Below are positions 8,391-18,159 of a stretch of 64,000 bases of DNA, piece by piece (position 1 is the stretch's first letter; the number at the start of each line of letters is the position of its first letter). The DNA is from an uncultured Candidatus Saccharibacteria bacterium. Its GTDB lineage: Bacteria; Patescibacteriota; Saccharimonadia; Saccharimonadales; Saccharimonadaceae. A program made the translations under genes and the position numbers. The stretch is taken from positions 4,310 through 68,309 of the forward strand of contig CAUUQV010000001.1 in assembly GCA_963547505.1 (NCBI GenBank). Reading direction: 5' to 3'. Below the pieces are notes generated by a model that was not told where the DNA came from, ran no database searches, and saw nothing but the letters and a program-made list of their open reading frames with translations.

Positions 8391-10289
8391 TTAGTATAGC
8401 TTCGCCGTTTCCGGTAGGACCATACCGTCTAAGATTGCCGCTACTTCATCAGCATCAAGTGTCTCATGCTCTAAGAGAGCATCTTTAAGTTTCTCTAGTA
8501 GAGCTCGATTCGTCTTGATGATATCCCGGGCTCGCCTAGTCGCTTCTTCGATCAGATCACGAATCTCCTGATCAATCTCCTCGGCAGTTTTATCTGAATA
8601 GGGCTTCTCCCGGGTAATCCGATCCATCATGAGTCCGCCCTCATCTTCGTGGAAAGATTGGTCACTCAGTCGCTTACCCATACCCTGCTCGATCACCATA
8701 TCTCGGGCAATCGCCGTAGCATGACGCAAGTCTGAGCTGGCACCACTCGTGACATGGTCTCGACCGTAGATAACCTCCTCGGCGATCCGACCACCCATCG
8801 CCCGTGCCAACTCGTCTTTATACTCTGACATACTGGTATAAGGTCGATCATGCTCGGGGATCGTCCAAGTGACACCGCCGGTAGCACCCCTAGGAATAAT
8901 AGTCACCTTATGGACGTTATCGCTATCCGGTAGTACCTGCGCCACTAGAGCATGCCCACCTTCATGATAAGCCGTCATGATCTTATCCTTCTCACGCATG
9001 ATATTACTGCGCCTCTCCGGACCGATCGCTACTTTCTCCAGCGCCTCAGTGACATCAGAATTATCTATCTCTTTCTTGTCCAGGCGAGCTGCCCGAATAG
9101 CCGCTTCGTTAGCGATATTAGCTAGGTCTGCTCCCGACATACCGGCCGTCTTAGCTGCTAAGGCGTTTAAGTCGACATCAGCGTTAGTTGGCTTCTCCCT
9201 GAAGTGTACTTTCAGGATAGCTAAGCGATCCTGACGCTCCGGCAAGGTGATATTTACCCGTCGGTCAAACCGACCGGGGCGTAGTAAAGCCGGGTCCAGC
9301 ACGTCAGCTCGGTTAGTTGCCGCTAGGACGATGACATTTTGATCTTTCTCAAAGCCGTCCATCTCTACCAAGATTTGGTTCAGGGTCTGCTCCCGCTCAT
9401 CATGACCACCGCCCATACCGCTACCACGACGACGACCTACAGCATCAATCTCGTCGATAAAGATGATACACGGCGCATTCTTCTTCGCCTTGTCGAAGAG
9501 ATCACGCACCCGACTTGCCCCGACACCGACGAACATCTCGACAAACTCTGAGCCAGAGATGCTAAAGAAGGGTACGCCCGCTTCGCCAGCCACCGCTCGA
9601 GCCATCATCGTCTTGCCCGTCCCCGGTGGGCCAACCAACAAGACTCCTTTAGGGATCTTAGCGCCGAGACCGAGGAACTTCCTGGGATGGCGTAAGAAGT
9701 CAACCACCTCGGCTAAGTCTTGCTTAGCGTTGTCATTACCGGCGATCTCGGAGAACTTAGTCTTAGTACGATCCATACCGTAGAGCTTCGCCTTACTTTT
9801 ACCAAAGCTAAGCGATTGATTATTCTGCGCCCCGGCCTGACGCATCATCCAGGCAAACAGTAGGAGCATCAGTAGGACAGGCACGACTATCGAAGCAATA
9901 TTCCAGATAATGTCACTGGTGTTATCCGGCGGGACGACCACATACTTAGTCTTACTGAGCTTTAATCCCTGCTCAGAGGCACTTGCCCCCGAGGGGATTC
10001 GAGACACCTTAGATGGTGACTGCTCTGCCTGACCCTGACTATTCTTCATGTAGACCGACAGATTCGACCCTGATTCGACGATCTTAGCGACCTTGCCCTG
10101 ATTAACTTGATTCACCAACTCAGAGAAAGATATCTCAGCTGACTGACCCTCTCGCTTGATCAGACCAAAGATTGCCACAGCAAAGATAATCAAAACAGCG
10201 TAGAAAACCAAGTTCTTCGGGCTATGACCCGACTTGTTGCGATTCGACGAGGCAGGGCGCCTCGGCGGAGTATTGTTATCTGGTTTCAT
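8391..10289 (-). CDS. ftsH: ATP-dependent zinc metalloprotease FtsH
   Basis: [29 protein letters not shown]; two N-terminal TM helices. Confidence 0.97.
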   Translation of the reverse strand: MKPDNNTPPRRPASSNRNKSGHSPKNLVFYAVLIIFAVAIFGLIKREGQSAEISFSELVNQVNQGKVAKIVESGSNLSVYMKNSQGQAEQSPSKVSRIPSGASASEQGLKLSKTKYVVVPPDNTSDIIWNIASIVVPVLLMLLLFAWMMRQAGAQNNQSLSFGKSKAKLYGMDRTKTKFSEIAGNDNAKQDLAEVVDFLRHPRKFLGLGAKIPKGVLLVGPPGTGKTMMARAVAGEAGVPFFSISGSEFVEMFVGVGASRVRDLFDKAKKNAPCIIFIDEIDAVGRRRGSGMGGGHDEREQTLNQILVEMDGFEKDQNVIVLAATNRADVLDPALLRPGRFDRRVNITLPERQDRLAILKVHFREKPTNADVDLNALAAKTAGMSGADLANIANEAAIRAARLDKKEIDNSDVTEALEKVAIGPERRSNIMREKDKIMTAYHEGGHALVAQVLPDSDNVHKVTIIPRGATGGVTWTIPEHDRPYTSMSEYKDELARAMGGRIAEEVIYGRDHVTSGASSDLRHATAIARDMVIEQGMGKRLSDQSFHEDEGGLMMDRITREKPYSDKTAEEIDQEIRDLIEEATRRARDIIKTNRALLEKLKDALLEHETLDADEVAAILDGMVLPETAKLY

Positions 10290-10319
10290 GCTGTATATTC
10301 TAGCATATTACTGAGTAGG

Positions 10320-10632
10320 CTACTCTTCTCGCATATCACGGATCGGGCTACGGCGGACATTACGGATCAGGGGAAAGACGGCGCTAAGGAGACCGGTAGC
10401 CAGGCAGATGATAGTGATCAACCCTAACTGATGCCAATCGTAACCGACCAGACTGATCCGTTTGGCCGAGCTCAGCTCATTAAAGCCATATTGCGCCTGA
10501 GCAGTTAAACCGGGCGATAGCTGTCCGTCCAGCAGATGCGCTCCGATTAATAGTGCCTAAGGCATTATTCGTCGCCAGCAGGTCATGTCCGCCCACTCGG
10601 TAGTGTTTAGTCAGCGACTTAGTGCTATTCAC
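10320..10632 (-). pseudogene. Internally deleted ABC-exporter remnant (ATPase-like N-terminus joined out of frame to a permease-like C-terminus)
   Basis: GTG 10632 gives VNSTKSLTKHYRVGGHDLLATNN (LolD/MacB ATPase-like start); another frame without a start ends ...LGLITIICLATGLLSAVFPLIRNVRRSPIRDMREE* (FtsX-like permease end). Confidence 0.55.
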
Positions 10633-10653
10633 AACACTTATATTGTAACATCA

Positions 10654-10695
10654 AAAATGCGAAAACTTGGTAAAAATGAGAAGTTTTCGCATTTT
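10654..10695. repeat. Second copy of the paralogue-1 palindromic operator
   Basis: AAAATGCGAAAACTT-N12-AAGTTTTCGCATTTT, same arms and spacer length as 2337-2380. Confidence 0.85.
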
Positions 10696-10711
10696 CCTCC
10701 GGTAAATATAG

Positions 10712-11626
10712 TCACATTTCCGGGTAAAAATAGACCCGACGCACATCCAGTCGGACATTGAGTCGCTTCCAGCTCAGCTGTTTACTCGGCTTACCCACCT
10801 TGATAAAGAGTAACAATTGACCGAGCTGCGGGCGGGTGAGCCACCCCTTTGTCAATCGGCGAAGTATCTCCATGGCGACATCCGCCGGGAGCATGATCAG
10901 ATCATAACGGCGCAGCACTAACCGACCTTGCTTATCTCTAGTAATATGCCGAGTACAGTAATGCTCTAACTCTCGCTCAATCTGCCGGCGTAAATGCTTC
11001 TGCCTCTCATATAGCCGGATTAGCTCCGCTTTGTCGTCCGGCGACCGGCTAGCCAGCAAAGCCCGGAGACGATTGCGCAGATATCTCGGGCTGTCATTAG
11101 TCTGATCTTCTCGCCAGGCTAGACCATGCTCTATGGCATAGCTAACTAACTCTGCTTTAGCTATATCAAGGAGCGGTCGGAGTACTTGCGGCTGGTTCAT
11201 CGGCGCTAGTCCCCGCCAGCCCGTCCCTCGCACTATGTTAAGAGCGATGGTCTCGAGTAAATCATCCTGATGATGCGCTGTCACCAAGTAAATCGGCTCA
11301 TCATCTCCCGCTATCGCCTCCGCCACCCGCCGGAAGAAATCATAACGATACTGACGAGCCACTGCCTCACCGGTAGCAGCAGCCAACTTACCGCAACCAC
11401 ACCGTACTGTCACCCCGTAGTTACGGCACTGTTGCCGGACAAACTCGGCATCCTCAGCAGATGCTTTTCCTCTGATACCATGGTCATAATGTGCCACTAT
11501 GAAGTCCGCCGGAAATTGCGCTCCGCTAAAATATTTCTCCCGGAAGCCATGGTAGTCTGTCGCCACCATGTCCAACAGCACCATTGAGTCTACTCCACCC
11601 GACACAGCCAGGAGATACTTAGTCAT
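10712..11626 (-). CDS. tilS: tRNA(Ile)-lysidine synthetase
   Basis: AVSGGVDSM PP-loop, HYDHGIR, TAHHQDDLLET, RNRLR. Confidence 0.93.
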   Translation of the reverse strand: MTKYLLAVSGGVDSMVLLDMVATDYHGFREKYFSGAQFPADFIVAHYDHGIRGKASAEDAEFVRQQCRNYGVTVRCGCGKLAAATGEAVARQYRYDFFRRVAEAIAGDDEPIYLVTAHHQDDLLETIALNIVRGTGWRGLAPMNQPQVLRPLLDIAKAELVSYAIEHGLAWREDQTNDSPRYLRNRLRALLASRSPDDKAELIRLYERQKHLRRQIERELEHYCTRHITRDKQGRLVLRRYDLIMLPADVAMEILRRLTKGWLTRPQLGQLLLFIKVGKPSKQLSWKRLNVRLDVRRVYFYPEM

Positions 11627-11673
11627 AGCTGTATTTTACTATATTGCATTATCGATACTACATGGTTTAGCAC

Positions 11674-11702
11674 TTGACAATATAGCTTATGTTTGCTATT
11701 AT
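11674..11702 (+). promoter_or_regulatory. Sigma70 promoter
   Basis: TTGACA, 17 nt spacer, TATTAT with extended TG. Confidence 0.65.
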
Positions 11703-11746
11703 CTTATCAGTTGCAACAAATAAACAATCTAATAAAAGGACATCCG

Positions 11747-11884
11747 ATGAAGAAAATGAATCAACCAAGCACCCCCAACCAAACAGGGGGCTATAGCTGG
11801 AATCGACAACGCAGTAGCGCCGAGCTAACCAGCTTTATTCAGAAGAAGTTAGCTCAGCTCGCCACCGTCAAGCTGGTAGATTGA
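11747..11884 (+). CDS. Small hypothetical protein (45 aa)
   Basis: AAAGGA RBS, upstream promoter and downstream hairpin. Confidence 0.55.
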   Translation: MKKMNQPSTPNQTGGYSWNRQRSSAELTSFIQKKLAQLATVKLVD

Positions 11885-11914
11885 TATCACAGACGATAGG
11901 TAAGATAAAATAAA

Positions 11915-11934
11915 AGCCCTCCACTAGGAGGGCT
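11915..11934. terminator. Intrinsic terminator downstream of the tRNA pair (possibly bidirectional)
   Basis: AGCCCTCC-ACTA-GGAGGGCT with an A-run on the left (U-tract on the minus strand). Confidence 0.7.
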
Positions 11935-11945
11935 AAATTATTCCT

Positions 11946-12023
11946 TGGTGGCGGGGGTTGGATTTGAACCAACGACCTCTTGGTTATGAGCCAAGCGAGC
12001 TGACCAGACTGCTCCACCCCGCG
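11946..12023 (-). tRNA. tRNA-fMet (CAT), initiator
   Basis: CGCGGGGTGGAGCAG...CTCATAA...TTCAAAT...CCCCGCCACCA; C1xC72 mismatch; encoded CCA. Confidence 0.92.
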
Positions 12024-12042
12024 ATCAATTGTATAGTCCACT

Positions 12043-12119
12043 TGGTAGCACCGACTGGGCTCGAACCAGTGACCTCGGGCTTATGAGTCCCACGCTCTGA
12101 CCAGCTGAGCTACGGTGCC
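12043..12119 (-). tRNA. tRNA-Met (CAT), probably elongator (Ile2 not fully excluded)
   Basis: GGCACCGTAGCTCAGCTGGTCAGAGC...CTCATAA...GGTTCGAGCCC...GGTGCTACCA. Confidence 0.88.
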
Positions 12120-12232
12120 GGACAAATACGTTAAGTAGTATATCAGATATCTGTGATATGGCAAACTGAGCACAGGTTGTGTATAATCTTATTAGCCTGC
12201 GCAAAAATGACGCAGTTCGCACCTAAGGAGTT

Positions 12233-12475
12233 GTGATTAGAATGTCAGAGCCTACAAGTGGAGATTCCGGTTGGGGACAGTTCGGCGATAGGTCGTGCTA
12301 TTGGGAGTCCCGTATGGACGGCAGTGGAAAAACCGATATATTCCCAGGCGGTATGCCAAAGTCCGGACATGATGACTCGCCACACGAGCACGTCGTTATT
12401 GATAATGATGGCTGTGTCCTATTTTGGCGAGCAGAGGACGGAGAAATCCTAGTAGACGGAGGAAAAGACAGGTAG
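12233..12475 (+). CDS. Small hypothetical protein
   Basis: 80-aa ORF with AAGGAG RBS and upstream TGTATAAT; start may be ATG 12242. Confidence 0.55.
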   Translation: MIRMSEPTSGDSGWGQFGDRSCYWESRMDGSGKTDIFPGGMPKSGHDDSPHEHVVIDNDGCVLFWRAEDGEILVDGGKDR

Positions 12476-12556
12476 TCACAATCAACGGTTTATAGCTTCC
12501 GTTCAAAAAGCTATTTCACAGTACTCGTTTATACATTAGTTACATTAATCAGCGCA

Positions 12557-12931
12557 ATGGAATATCTTGACGTCATTAAGAAGTATCTCCCCGGCACGAT
12601 TAACGTCGTCAAACTCAATTCGTTTTCTTATGATCAACTTAATTTCACCCTGCTTAGAATTAATAATGGCTCTAAGCATCCCACCGAGGCTGTGTTATTC
12701 GACGGCGGAATAGCCGAGCCGTACACCGCTGACGACATTATCATGAGATTGACTGATGGACGAGACAGTACCGGCTGGTTTCGCTTAGACGGCGCCGGTA
12801 CAACCGATCAAATGATAGCCGACGACACTAGATACATCAGCCCCGATGGCTGGATCTACTTCTTGGCCTGTATTAATCATCCACCTTCTATCGGTACTTC
12901 ATCCGGCTCAACAGCACTTCCGCCTAGTTAG
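12557..12931 (+). CDS. Hypothetical protein
   Basis: 124-aa ORF filling the gap before the convergent AAA gene. Confidence 0.55.
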   Translation: MEYLDVIKKYLPGTINVVKLNSFSYDQLNFTLLRINNGSKHPTEAVLFDGGIAEPYTADDIIMRLTDGRDSTGWFRLDGAGTTDQMIADDTRYISPDGWIYFLACINHPPSIGTSSGSTALPPS

Positions 12932-13009
12932 ACTAACAAGCGTTATTTCTAAACTTCATCATAAAATGCTTCAGCTATTAATATAGTACTTCAGCATCCC
13001 ACAGCCTAG

Positions 13010-14200
13010 CTATCCCTCCAGTAGCCAGTCGGCGATATCGACGATACGGATACCCTCATACTGCATTTCCGGCTGCCTCGTACCGGCAATAAGCAACTTC
13101 TGATAGCCGCCGGGGATATTGATAAGAGGAGCAACCTCACGCTCCATAGTTTCCCGCTCAATAATCAAGTAAGAGACTTGGATATACAGCTTTTCGCCGT
13201 CCTTAATCGCTACAAAATCAATCTCGCTATTCCGCATCGCTCCGACGTATACCTCATAGCCTCTACGCATCAACTCAATAGCTACGATATTCTCATATGT
13301 ATCACCGAAATTAGCTACTTTTGTCCCCAGTTTCGCATAGCGAAAAGCGTGGTCTGAAAGATAGTATTTATCGGTAGAGGTAAGATATCGTTTACCCTTG
13401 ATATCGTAGCGTCGCACCTTATAGAAAGCATAAGCCTCGCAAAGGTACTTCACATACTCAGCAATCGTCTTATTCGATGCCTCAATCTTATTAGAGATCA
13501 GAGTATTGGTGATATTGCGAGTAGAGGTTGACTTAGAAGCATTATCCATCAGGAAGTCAGACAACCTGTCCATGACTGCGACATTCTTCACTCCGTGTTT
13601 TTCTTCGATATCACGCACAATCAGCGTATCGTAAGTCTCACGTAAATAGCCATATTTATCTTCAAGAGTCTGATACTCATAAGAGCCCGACATCCCACCC
13701 TCCCGAACATATTTGTCAAAGGCTTCATATCTGTCTTGATAATCAAAGTACCTCATGAACTCGGCGAAAGAAAATGGGTAAACCTCGATAGTGTACGTTC
13801 GCCCCACAAAGAGCGTCGCCAGGTCACTCCCGGCGAGAAAGGCGTTAGAGCCCGTGATATAGATATCATATTTACGAGAGGCATGAAGGCTGTTTAGCGC
13901 CAGTTCGAAACCCTTACACATCTGTACTTCGTCGATAAAAAGAAAGTTTCTCTTATTATTGACATAGTGTTTCTCTACATAATCATTCAGGGCGTGATAC
14001 TCACGCAATTCTTCGTATTTCAGAGAAGAAAGATCAAAGCTGATGATGTTAGCATCTTTGACATTTTCTATCACGTACTTTTTGAAGTCGTCCAGAAGGA
14101 ATGATTTGCCGCTCCGCCTCACCCCGGTAATAACCTTGATATCCTCTGTACCTATCGTACGGATAATATCGTCAAGATATTTACGCCTAATCCTTACCAT
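13010..14200 (-). CDS. AAA_14 + DUF4143 family ATPase (paralogue 3)
   Basis: GVRRSGKS, LFIDEVQ, ITGSNA, ENIVAIELMRRG, EIDFVA..YIQVS. Confidence 0.9.
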   Translation of the reverse strand: MVRIRRKYLDDIIRTIGTEDIKVITGVRRSGKSFLLDDFKKYVIENVKDANIISFDLSSLKYEELREYHALNDYVEKHYVNNKRNFLFIDEVQMCKGFELALNSLHASRKYDIYITGSNAFLAGSDLATLFVGRTYTIEVYPFSFAEFMRYFDYQDRYEAFDKYVREGGMSGSYEYQTLEDKYGYLRETYDTLIVRDIEEKHGVKNVAVMDRLSDFLMDNASKSTSTRNITNTLISNKIEASNKTIAEYVKYLCEAYAFYKVRRYDIKGKRYLTSTDKYYLSDHAFRYAKLGTKVANFGDTYENIVAIELMRRGYEVYVGAMRNSEIDFVAIKDGEKLYIQVSYLIIERETMEREVAPLINIPGGYQKLLIAGTRQPEMQYEGIRIVDIADWLLEG

Positions 14201-14230
14201 GGTTTATCCTTTGCTCCATTATAGCACTCA

Positions 14231-14264
14231 TTACACAAAAATGCATTTTTGCAATAATGTGTAA
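14231..14264. promoter_or_regulatory. Palindromic operator-like site upstream of AAA paralogue 3
   Basis: TTACACA...TGTGTAA outer arms, with perfect CAAAAATGCATTTTTG at 14236-14251; adjacent minus-strand TGCTATAAT. Confidence 0.6.
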
Positions 14265-14280
14265 CGAGGAGATCACTGCG

Positions 14281-15768
14281 CTATTTAGCGTACTCTATCG
14301 CTCTGGTCTCTCGGATAACATTGACCTTGATCGTGCCCGGGTACTGCATAGTCGATTCAATCTTGTTAGCGATATCTCGGGCTAGCTTGACCGACGACAG
14401 ATCATCAATCTTCTCAGGACTAACCATCACCCTGATCTCCCGGCCGGCTGAAATGGCGTAGGCTTTATCGATACCATCAAACGACGTAGCGATATTCTCC
14501 AGATCTTTCATCCGCTCAGCAAAGTTCTCCGAGCTGACATTACGAGCTCCCGGTCTGGCACCGGACATAGCGTCACAGACCCGAACTATGATCGCCTCCG
14601 GCGTAGTCGCCTCGATATCATCATGGTGCGCCTCTATAGCATGAGCGATCCGCTCGTCCATACCGTATTTACGAGCCAGCGCTGCCCCAATGTGATGATG
14701 CTTACCCTCTATCCGGTGGGTTACCGCCTTGCCTACATCATGGAGCAAAGCAGCCGTCTTGCTAATGCGCACATCAGCGCCGATCTCTTCGGCGATCATC
14801 CCGGCCAGCTGAGCCATCTCGATGGAGTGCTTGAGAACATTCTGCCCATAGCTAGTACGAAACTTCAGCTCGCCCAGTAAATGCACCATCTCTGTCGGGA
14901 TACCAACTACACCGGCTTCCCGAGCAGCATCCTCGCCGGCTCGCTGAACTTCTTTGTCAATTTGGCGCTCCGCCTTGGCTACCACCTCCTCAATCCGAGC
15001 CGGGTGAATCCGACCGTCTTTCATCAGCATCTCTAGCGACAAGCGAGCGATCTGACGCCGCACCGGGTCAAATGAGCTGAGTACCACCATGCCCGGCGTA
15101 TCGTCGACCAAGATATCCACCCCGGTAGCTCGTTGTAGAGCCTGAATATTGCGCCCCTCTTTACCGATGATGCGCCCTTTCATCTCATCATCGGGTAGCT
15201 CAATCGCTGTGATAGTCCGCTCAGCTGTCACATCAGAAGCAAGGCGCTCCATCGCCGTCACGATGATCATCTCGGCCCGCTGTTCGGCATCGCTCTCAGC
15301 ATCTCGTTGTAGTTTATCAACCAGCTCAACCAGGTCACCCTTAGTCTCTTTCTCAGTCGCCTTCATTAGTTTCTCGGCCGCCTGCTTCTTGGTCAGCCCG
15401 GCGATCTTCTCTAGCTTGGAATGAGCCTGCTCTTTGATCTGGATGATCTCACCCTTCAAATCCTCTATCTCCTGCTCACTCTGGCGTAGCTTCTCTGACC
15501 TGGTGTCCAGCTCACTGATCTTATTGATCAACGAGTGCTCTCGCTCCGCCACCTTATCTTCAGCCTTCTTCACCTCACGACGAATATCGTCGGCTTCTTT
15601 CTTGGCTGAACGACTGGCATTTAGGATGATTTCACTAGCCTTGTTCTTAGCATCGGCGATCATCTGATCAACAGTCGTCTCCGCCTTAGCGTTACGAGAC
15701 TTAGCGACAGCCAGGGCTACTCCGCCACCAATAGCAAACGCCACTAGGGCGATCAGTACATATATCAT
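14281..15768 (-). CDS. rny: Ribonuclease Y
   Basis: N-terminal TM, coiled coil, KH (GRIIGKEGRNI), HD (LLHDVGK), AISAGREIRV. Confidence 0.96.
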   Translation of the reverse strand: MIYVLIALVAFAIGGGVALAVAKSRNAKAETTVDQMIADAKNKASEIILNASRSAKKEADDIRREVKKAEDKVAEREHSLINKISELDTRSEKLRQSEQEIEDLKGEIIQIKEQAHSKLEKIAGLTKKQAAEKLMKATEKETKGDLVELVDKLQRDAESDAEQRAEMIIVTAMERLASDVTAERTITAIELPDDEMKGRIIGKEGRNIQALQRATGVDILVDDTPGMVVLSSFDPVRRQIARLSLEMLMKDGRIHPARIEEVVAKAERQIDKEVQRAGEDAAREAGVVGIPTEMVHLLGELKFRTSYGQNVLKHSIEMAQLAGMIAEEIGADVRISKTAALLHDVGKAVTHRIEGKHHHIGAALARKYGMDERIAHAIEAHHDDIEATTPEAIIVRVCDAMSGARPGARNVSSENFAERMKDLENIATSFDGIDKAYAISAGREIRVMVSPEKIDDLSSVKLARDIANKIESTMQYPGTIKVNVIRETRAIEYAK

Positions 15769-15949
15769 ATTGCTTCCTTTCTGGTTCTAGCCAAGGCTAG
15801 AAATGTATATCAGATTTAATCACTTAGTTCATACGGTAAAAACAGTCTACCTACGTTAATTGTAGCATACATGGTCCGGCAGACCGGGTTCTTTCGCTGC
15901 TTAGATCAAATTAGTCAACGAATATTTTAGCTAAGGTAGACTGCACTAT

Positions 15950-16339
15950 TTATTTCCTTGCCGAGGTGATGTGCGGCCTCGCCCCGTAAGTCGGTAGGAC
16001 AATTTTGTCGTTATCACCTGCTCGTAAGCGTCTAACTCCACCGGCTCGCCATCCATCCCCGGTAGTACCTACTATGTTAATCTGCTGAGCATAGGCGATA
16101 GCATTAGCTACAGCAGCTCCAATCCGTAGCCCGGTAAAAGATCCCGGCCCCTTAAAGACAATTATTCCTTTTAGTTCCTCATATTTACCACCGAGCAAAG
16201 CGTCTATCTCACCCGGTAGATCCCGGGCCAGCTCCCGATCAGCTAACCAGATCTTTTGTTTCGCTACTTCACCATCACTAGTCAGTAGATATAACTCTAC
16301 TTCGGCTTGGTCAGTCTTTAGTGCCAGATACATGGTCAT
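15950..16339 (-). CDS. tsaB: t6A biosynthesis protein TsaB (short form)
   Basis: GPGSFTGLRIG motif. Confidence 0.85.
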   Translation of the reverse strand: MTMYLALKTDQAEVELYLLTSDGEVAKQKIWLADRELARDLPGEIDALLGGKYEELKGIIVFKGPGSFTGLRIGAAVANAIAYAQQINIVGTTGDGWRAGGVRRLRAGDNDKIVLPTYGARPHITSARK

Positions 16340-16390
16340 ATTTTACCACGAGGTCATGCTATAATTTAGTTAATTACTGGAGGAGGATAG

Positions 16391-17428
16391 ATGGCGAAGA
16401 AGGAAAGTAAGACGATGGCAAAGAAATCAGCCGACGATAGCGGTAGGAAGGAAGCACTGGATCTAGCCGTTAGTCAGATCAGCAAGCAATTCGGCGATGG
16501 CTCAATCATGAAGCTGGGTGACGCCTACAAGATCAATGTCGAGACCTCGCCATCAGGCACTCTGTCGCTAGACTTAGCCCTAGGTGGTGGCTACCCCAGA
16601 GGGCGCATTATCGAGATATATGGCCCTGAGTCATCCGGCAAAACTACCCTAGCCCTGCATGCCGTAGCTGAGATTCAGAAAGCCGGTGGTACCGCCGCTT
16701 TCATCGACGCCGAGCATGCTCTTGACCCACAATACGCCGGTCGCCTGGGTGTCAATATTAACGATCTACTGGTCAGCCAACCCGACAATGGCGAACAAGC
16801 CCTAGAGATAGTCGAGACTTTGGTTCGTTCCAACGCCGTCGATGTGATAGTGCTGGATAGCGTCGCCGCTCTAGTACCTCAGGCAGAAATTGACGGCGAT
16901 ATGGGTGATAGCCTGCCCGGACTCCAAGCTCGATTAATGTCACAAGCTCTCCGCAAGTTAACCGGCATCATCAATAAGAGCAAGGCAACAGTCATCTTCA
17001 TCAACCAGATTCGGATGAAGATCGGCGTCATGTTTGGCAATCCCGAGACAACCACCGGCGGTAACGCCCTCAAGTTCTATGCCTCACAACGCCTCGACAT
17101 CCGTCGGATCGGCCAGATCAAACAGGGCGACGACGTAATCGGCAACCGAGTCAGGGTCAAGATTGTTAAAAATAAGATTGCCCCGCCATTTCGCCAGGCA
17201 GAGTTTGACATCATGTATAACGAAGGCATTTCTACCACCGGTGATGTTTTAGACTTGGCAGTCATGCACGATATCGTTCAGAAGTCGGGTGCTTTTTATA
17301 AATATAATGACGAGACGATTGGGCAAGGTCGTGAGGCGGCTAAAAAATACCTCAAGGACAACCCCGATAAATTAGCTGAGATTGACAGTAAAGTTCGCCA
17401 ATCAGTCGCCGACAAAGAGAATCTCTGA
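16391..17428 (+). CDS. recA: Recombinase A
   Basis: [28 protein letters not shown]. Confidence 0.99.
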   Translation: MAKKESKTMAKKSADDSGRKEALDLAVSQISKQFGDGSIMKLGDAYKINVETSPSGTLSLDLALGGGYPRGRIIEIYGPESSGKTTLALHAVAEIQKAGGTAAFIDAEHALDPQYAGRLGVNINDLLVSQPDNGEQALEIVETLVRSNAVDVIVLDSVAALVPQAEIDGDMGDSLPGLQARLMSQALRKLTGIINKSKATVIFINQIRMKIGVMFGNPETTTGGNALKFYASQRLDIRRIGQIKQGDDVIGNRVRVKIVKNKIAPPFRQAEFDIMYNEGISTTGDVLDLAVMHDIVQKSGAFYKYNDETIGQGREAAKKYLKDNPDKLAEIDSKVRQSVADKENL

Positions 17429-17441
17429 GCTTACCTAGCCT

Positions 17442-18056
17442 ATGCACATCACCAAGGTCGCCCCAGCCGCCGGAACTGCCGGTCGCTATAATATCTTCGT
17501 CGACGGTCATTACAGCTTTAGCCTAGACGAGTTTCAGCTGGTCCAGTGTAGCCTCCATAGTGGACAGGAAATCGACGAGACTAAGCTGGCTGAGCTTCAG
17601 GCTGAATCGGACTTCGGCAAGAACTACATCCGAGCGATCGACTTGATCAGCCGACGACTCCGCTCAGAGTGTGAGATTCGAGACTACGCCAGACGCAAGC
17701 AGTGGAGCCGGGATAATACTGAGCGGGTCATCGCTCGTCTGTATGATAGAGGCTATCTGAACGATCTAGTCTTCGCTCAAGCTTTCGTTCGGTTTCGTCA
17801 GTCTACCCAGAAATATTCCCGTCGTCGAATCGAGCGAGATCTGATCAATAAGGGTATTAGTCACCGGATTATTCAGCAAGTCTTAGACGAGGAAGCCGGC
17901 ATGACTGATGATGATGCCCTAGCTAATCTGGTCGCTAAGAAGTATCATCGCTATGACGATATCAACAAGCTCAAAGCCTATCTAGCTAGAGCCGGCTTCA
18001 GATACGACGACATCAACAGAGTAATTGAACAGTACCACGAACAAGGCTCACAATAA
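17442..18056 (+). CDS. recX: Regulatory protein RecX
   Basis: RLRSECEI, GYLNDLVFA, YLARAGF; directly downstream of recA. Confidence 0.9.
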   Translation: MHITKVAPAAGTAGRYNIFVDGHYSFSLDEFQLVQCSLHSGQEIDETKLAELQAESDFGKNYIRAIDLISRRLRSECEIRDYARRKQWSRDNTERVIARLYDRGYLNDLVFAQAFVRFRQSTQKYSRRRIERDLINKGISHRIIQQVLDEEAGMTDDDALANLVAKKYHRYDDINKLKAYLARAGFRYDDINRVIEQYHEQGSQ

Positions 18057-18159
18057 GTAAGTGAGCAGAATATAACATTATCCTCGCTGGATTAAATTAT
18101 TAGTATCATCTCTGAATCATAACAAGAAGCCGTAGATATCTAGTATGCTACCGACTTAC

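Noticed and set aside
10224..10427. 67-aa plus-strand ORF
   Set aside because: It overlaps the ftsH start and is antisense to the permease remnant
11667..11693. TTAGCACTT CIRCE-like half site
   Set aside because: No matching second arm; it overlaps an ordinary -35 element
11946..14270. tRNA-integrated prophage or island
   Set aside because: No integrase, no duplicated tRNA 3' end and no phage genes; the islet lies on the 5' side of the tRNAs
16340..16390. LexA/SOS box upstream of recA
   Set aside because: No recognisable palindrome; only an extended -10 and an SD site
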